DNA of 64,000 nt from Octopus vulgaris (lineage: Eukaryota): contig OX597835.1 of NCBI GenBank assembly GCA_951406725.2, positions 6,944,001 to 7,008,000 of the forward strand, written 5' to 3'. Below the pieces are notes generated by a model. That model did no database searches and was not told where the DNA came from. It saw nothing but the letters and a program-made list of their open reading frames with translations. Positions 58,386-64,000 of this stretch are shown here, piece by piece. Position numbers and translations under genes: made by a program. The first letter of the stretch is position 1, and each line of letters opens with the position of its first letter.

Positions 58386-58509
58386 ACATTTAAACACATA
58401 AGAGGCATCCATCCTTGCACGCTAGAGAGTACATGCTAAATTTGGAATTTAACTGTCCTCTCTAGCGTGCAAGGACCCTATGATGGATGCATCTTACGTG
58501 TTTAAATGT
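58386..58509. repeat. Imperfect palindrome related to 46288-46430
   Basis: acatttaaacac...ccttgcacgctagagag...aaatttggaattt...ctctctagcgtgcaagg...gtgtttaaatgt. Confidence 0.75.
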
Positions 58510-58625
<116 letters not shown>

Positions 58626-58634
58626 GAATAAATA

Positions 58635-58800
58635 AATTTATTCATATATTATTCAAAATATTCAACGTAAACACGAAGTTTCTACCTTTATAAACAAGGA
58701 GTTACAACACCTTTACTTGTGAGATTTTTGCTGCCCTGGTAACTATTTATTTATTTTTTCCGTGTTAATTGTTAACAAGGTAAAAATACACTCATCTATT
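58635..58800 (+). mobile_element. Terminal fragment of the same Penelope-like family
   Basis: Reverse complement of about 31990-32145, lying between TA tracts. Confidence 0.55.
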
Positions 58801-58819
58801 TATATATATATATATACGC

Positions 58820-59015
58820 CCTAATTGTGTTTATTCGCACTATGTCCATATTAGTTTTTTCTTCATTCTCTCTCTGTTTATTTTCATATTCCTTTCCTGC
58901 TGAAGAGCGTAGGCTCGAAACGCAAAAGACGTTTTCATATTTCCTGAGCAACAAACTAGTACACTTGCTTTTTACCCATACATCTATCTCTTTTCTTTTA
59001 CTTTTCTATAATTTT
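58820..59015 (+). mobile_element. Diverged family E relative
   Basis: Contains ctgctgaagagcgtaggctcgaaacgcaaaagac at about 58897-58930, between TA tracts. Confidence 0.45.
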
Positions 59016-59059
<44 letters not shown>

Positions 59060-59191
59060 TTATCTATACACACGTATATACATAAATGTACATATGCATG
59101 TGTGTTTGTGTCACTGTCATTTGATTATATCATAACTTTTACACCCGCGTGATACTGTATGTAGCTGTCTGAATTCTGGCAGACACACACC

Positions 59192-59225
<34 letters not shown>

Positions 59226-59251
59226 CGTAAATATAAATATGCATGTATATA

Positions 59252-59301
<50 letters not shown>

Positions 59302-59489
59302 TTAAGTAATTGAGATTCTAGTGAATTCTAAAGAATTCACTTGAATATGGTCCTTAACTAGGATGCATAAATTCTATAGGTTTAAAACCTTTCATCGGAT
59401 CTCCACGAATCGAACTTTCTGCAATGCAGCTAATCTTACAACCTCTTTTGTATCTACCCCTTTTGATGTTTGGGAATTCTCTGATGTTT

Positions 59490-59577
59490 TTTCGGCTGAC
59501 GAGTACGAGCCATCTGTATTCACTGCATTTTTTGTAGCTTATTAAAGATGTCCTCGTACGAAACGATCGTACCGAGA
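59490..59577 (+). ncRNA. Type I hammerhead ribozyme, canonical core
   Basis: Stem I UUUCGG/CCGAGA; core CUGACGA at 59496-59502; stem II GUACGAG/CUCGUAC; GAAA; palindromic helix III A-CGAUCG-U; cleavage triplet GUA, predicted cut after 59571. Confidence 0.85.
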
Positions 59578-59603
59578 TTTTAATCCATTCTTGTTGCTTT
59601 TTT

Positions 59604-59676
<73 letters not shown>

Positions 59677-59704
59677 GCCCAACACACAGGCACACATACA
59701 TATA

Positions 59705-59742
<38 letters not shown>

Positions 59743-60598
59743 AGAGTGTGCGTGAGTGTGTGTGTTTGTATGCGCGTGTATAATGCATGTGCGTCGTGTG
59801 GGTGTTCAAACTGCTGAAATATATATGTTTACCTTTTGAAAGAATAGATATTTTCTTGCCGAAGGTCATTAAACTGGATTTAAAATTGCATCGTGTAGTA
59901 TTTTTTTTTTATTCAGCGTTGTATTTCAAGTTATGTAAAAGTTATCTTGAATATATTGTGTTTTTAAAGAATTCAATTTTCCAAAGAACAAACCATAGTG
60001 AAATATTTTACCATAGATCAAAATTGGAACTAAGGAAAATATATTACCTAAAAGCATTTGTTTCCATTATCTTTCAAAATTTGATTACCTTTAGCAGGTT
60101 ATGATCGTTGAAATTCTTAGATTCTTGATCATTTGCTAAATTCTGTTCAGAGCATCTGAATTCTTGAATTAAATATATTTTGGAAATATATAGTGCCATT
60201 TTTTTTCCTTTCAGTTCTTTTATTTTTCAAGAATGTATATGGAAATGGTAGATGTATAAGAAGCCAGATGTCGGTAGCTAAAAGAAGAAGCTGTTGTGGT
60301 GCAGATAAGGGACATTGAATGGTATTGAACAGTGGTATTTTATGCATACAAACTTCGAACCTCACGAACGTTGATTTCATTTTTATCCTCCTGGGGACCG
60401 ATGTAACAAAAACTAGAAAAGTACAGGGATATATTATATCCCTTTCAAAGTTTGACAACAGATCAGCAATTTTGAGGGAGAGAGCAATCAATTACATCAA
60501 TCCCAGAACTCTAGGCAGCAACTGACGCTCTCGTCCTGATACTTCCAGCTTGTCGGCAACCGTTGTTGCCGTCTTGCGTGTTCATTACCTAAAGAACA

Positions 60599-60690
60599 GT
60601 TCGTTATCCGAGATACCGTTCGTTATCCGAGATACCGTTCGTTATCCGAGGGACCGTTCGTTACGCGAGGGACCGTTCGTTACCGGACAA
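60599..60690. repeat. 19-bp tandem repeat, 4-5 copies
   Basis: Unit gttcgttatccgagatacc drifts to gttcgttacgcgagggacc. Confidence 0.85.
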
Positions 60691-60959
60691 ATAGTTCGTA
60701 AACTGATTTTTTTTCATGATGAGAGGTGTTCGTAAACAAAAATCCCATTGTATTCGTGGTTGTCTGACGGAAAAAAATTTTGGAAGCCCAAGGGTTAAGA
60801 GACAACACACAGGCAGAAAAGAGACGGAATATTGCAGGTTCATTTACGGAAATGAAAAAGTAAGGGACCAGCTTTAAGAGAAATACGGGTTGGTTAAGGA
60901 TTCTGTCCTCATGTGACTGTCAGCAAATTGAAAGGTAATGGTCATCTCGGATGTAGCCT

Positions 60960-61330
60960 TTTCCATGCTGGAGCACCGCCTTTAGTCGAGCAAATCGACC
61001 CCGGGACTTATTCTTTGTAAGCCCAGCACTTATTCTATCAGTCTCTTTTGCCGAACCGCTAAGTGACGGGGACGTAAACACACCAGCATCGGTTGTCAAG
61101 CAATGCTAGGGGGACAAACACAGACACAAAAACACACACACATACACACATATATATACATATATACGACAGGCTTCTTTCAGTTTCCGTCTACCAAATC
61201 CACTCATAAGGCATTGGTCGGCCCGGGGCTATAGCAGAAGACACTTGCCCAAGATGCCACGCAGTGGGACTGAACCCGGAACCATTTGGTTGGTTAGCAA
61301 GCTACTTACCACACAGCCACTCCTGCGCCT
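60960..61330 (-). mobile_element. SINE B, near full length
   Basis: Near-exact reverse complement of 18920-19290. Confidence 0.85.
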
Positions 61331-62614
61331 ATATATATATATATATATATGTACACATGTATGTGTGTATACATATACGAATGCCTCTATAAATGTATAA
61401 TTGTTTGTAAATGCGCGCGTGTGTGTATTTTTGTGTGTACGTGTGTGTGTGTGTGTGTGTGTGTGCCAAAGTTTTAATTTGAGCAACCAACAAGGTGAAA
61501 GCTAAAATGATACAGAGCCGAAACATAAGATGAATCAATAACAACAGCAAGAACCACAACCACAACAAGAACCTCAAGACTGCACATTAAAATAAAACAA
61601 GTTGAAATGAAAAGCTAACACCTGATTGGAATCAGAAATGGGCAAACAGATCCTTAGACCGACAACAATTTTCGTGTAAGTTCTCGCCAAGGTGTCAAGT
61701 TTTCATACAAAGCCCACCAATGGATTCGGAGCAAGTAAACAAGTGTAAAAATTTATGAGAAAACCGGAATAAATTGATTCCTGGAGAGTGCAGGAATCAA
61801 TTTATTTTTATTAGTAGTGGTATTTATTAGTATTATTATTATTAGTAGTAGTATTATGGATGTTGTGATATTGGTCAGTTCTGGAAATATCAACCATGAC
61901 AAGCCAAAATATCGCAGTGAATAATGTGATAGCTTCAACGCGATACGTTTGAGGTACAGAATAGAATTTACACGTTCTTAATATGTGTTAGCAGAACTGA
62001 AGTATGGTTTGTCACGCTGGAGGGAAAATGAGGAATATCGAACTGGACAGGAAGCGTATGGAATTAATGTGCATGAGTGTATGTATGTATGTATGTATGT
62101 ATGTATGTATGTATGTATGTATGTATGTATGTATGTATGTATGTATGTATGTAGAATATAAATTATTCAGCGGAATAATAAATTTAATATTCTTTGGTGG
62201 TAATAATTTTTCAAGCATTTGTACATGTCCTTAAAAAAAAACCAGTTTTACTTTCATTAGGATAACTTTCATCTTCTACTTGCGTTAGTCATTAGACTAC
62301 GCCCTTGCTGGGGCACCGCCTTGAAGAATTTTTAGACGTTTGGATTGACGAGAGTGCATCTGTATTTGGTTTTTATGCCTGATAATTATTTATTGGTTTC
62401 TTAGGAGGAACGCTAAGTTACAAAGTTACACATTAACACGGTTGTCAAGCGGTGGTGACGTACAATCCCAGAGGTACACACACACAAACACACATATACA
62501 GTGCGTGTGTGCACGTGGCAAAATTAGTATAGGCAGCAGAGTGCAGTGTTTTACTAAAAAAAAAAGGAAATCTATAAATGTCACTAAAAGTGACTAGGAT
62601 ATTAGAATGTGTAC

Positions 62615-62960
62615 GGTGAAGGCGCATGGCTCAGCGGTTAAAAGGTCGGGCTCAGAATCACGAGCTTGTGAGTGCGATTCCCGCACCGGGCATATGTTGT
62701 GTTCGTCAGCAAGACACTTTATTTTCACGTTGCTCCAGTTCACTCAGCTGTAGAAATGATATCAGTGGTGCCGAGCTGTAGAGGTCCCTTTGCCTTTCCC
62801 TTGCATAACACCAGTGGCATGGAGAGGAGGGGAGATTGGTATGCCTGGGCGACTGCTGGTCTCCCATAATCAACCTTACCCGAACTTTTGCTTTGGAAGG
62901 TAACTTTCCACGTGCAATCCCATGATCATTCATGACTGAAAGGGGTCTTTACTCTTTACC
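62615..62960 (+). mobile_element. tRNA-derived SINE family C
   Basis: ggcgcatggctcagcggtta...cgattccc...agcaagacactttattttcacgttgctccagttcactcagctg. Related copies lie at 24680-24770 (-), 30485-30740, 34760-35025, 37555-37690 and 41665-41805. Confidence 0.7.
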
Positions 62961-63234
62961 CTACACACACATGATTTTTTTAAAAGCAGATCCCGAAATA
63001 AGGAAAGGAAAACTTAATCTTGGTAGAATTTGAACTCAGAGTGTTCAGATTCCAAACAATTACCTCAAGTTATCTGTGCCAATCCACTATCCAGTATTGA
63101 TAAGTTTTTTTGCTGTTTTTTTTTATCGAATTAAAAAATTGTAAAGTAAGGATGAGGTTGGTGGGATTTGAACTCAAAACTGAAAGAATCAGAACAAACA
63201 ATCAATGGCATTCTAATCTGACGACCAACTGATA

Positions 63235-63400
63235 CCTATTTCTTTATTGCCCACAAAGGGCTAAACATAAAGGGGACAAAGAAGGACAGACAAAGGGATT
63301 AAGTCGATTATACCGACGCCAAGTGCGTAACTGGTACTTAATTTATCGACCCCGAAAGGATGAAAGGCAAAGTCGACCTCGGCGGAATTTGAACTCAGAA
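63235..63400 (-). mobile_element. SINE A
   Basis: Reverse complement of the core unit. Confidence 0.8.
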
Positions 63401-63779
63401 CCGCCAACTCACCGCCTTTTATATTCAATGGATATTGTCTGGTATTACGATGAAACAAATGTGGGAACTTCTGACAATCATGCTTTTCTAAAAGGCATTG
63501 AATTATTTGGAAAAATGAAATTCCGTCTCAAAAAAAAAAAATAAATAAAACTCGGTTACTATTTCACTCCACTCACTCCTTTGTTGTTTTCTAACAAACA
63601 ACAAAACAGTACAAAAACACCATCGAGCGAACATTATTATTATTATTATGATTATGATTATTATTATTATTGTTGTTATTCTGACAGCCTCTCGGATAGA
63701 TCTTAATTACCGGTTAATCTTTACTTGAAAGCAGACAATAACAAATCACCAAAGGTCTCAAGTAGTGCCTTCTCCTGTG

Positions 63780-63925
63780 ACTAAAACACACTATACTCTC
63801 CTTAGAATGGAGCTGTACTCAACAATGCTATCTCCAAGATCACCTCGAGCCTCGTAGCAGCTCCAGTAGTCTTAATATGTCTTTTGATATTCCTTGGAAA
63901 CTGCATCAAATGCTCCAATTATTAT
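63780..63925 (-). mobile_element. R4/Dong 3' fragment
   Basis: Frameshifted IIGAFDAVSK...RLEVILEIALLSTA-ILRRV, adjacent to an (ATT)n tract. Confidence 0.55.
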
Positions 63926-63930
63926 TGTTA

Positions 63931-63989
<59 letters not shown>

Positions 63990-64000
63990 TACCTGTATCA

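Noticed and set aside
59830-59875. [13 protein letters not shown], resembling the cyclase MRDLRHENL exon
   Set aside because: The frame stops immediately and the FIGAC...EYC motif is absent.

Overview
This is AT-rich, microsatellite-saturated eukaryotic DNA. The SINE families and repeat landscape look like an octopod cephalopod genome, which is an inference from my recall of those repeats. Almost all listed ORFs are artefacts of (TA)n, (CA)n, (TATC)n and trinucleotide tracts. The only firmly supported protein-coding sequence is two minus-strand exons (48218-48380 and 37310-37453) of a receptor-type guanylate cyclase kinase-homology domain (Gyc76C/NPR-like). They splice in frame across a 10.8-kb intron. 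The rest is a mosaic of tRNA-derived SINEs, mariner/maT, R4/Dong and Tx1/L1 relics, MITE-like elements and long fold-backs. The most striking unexplained signal is a set of short elements, mostly in or beside (TA)n tracts, that carry type I hammerhead ribozyme motifs with self-complementary helix III, resembling Penelope-associated or retrozyme hammerheads. Two have canonical cores (59490-59577 and 6331-6406). One lies downstream of a tRNA-like Pol III head (24957-25165). Two multi-copy families share fixed non-canonical cores (U4C and A6Y). All structures were read by eye and none has been computationally folded or searched.
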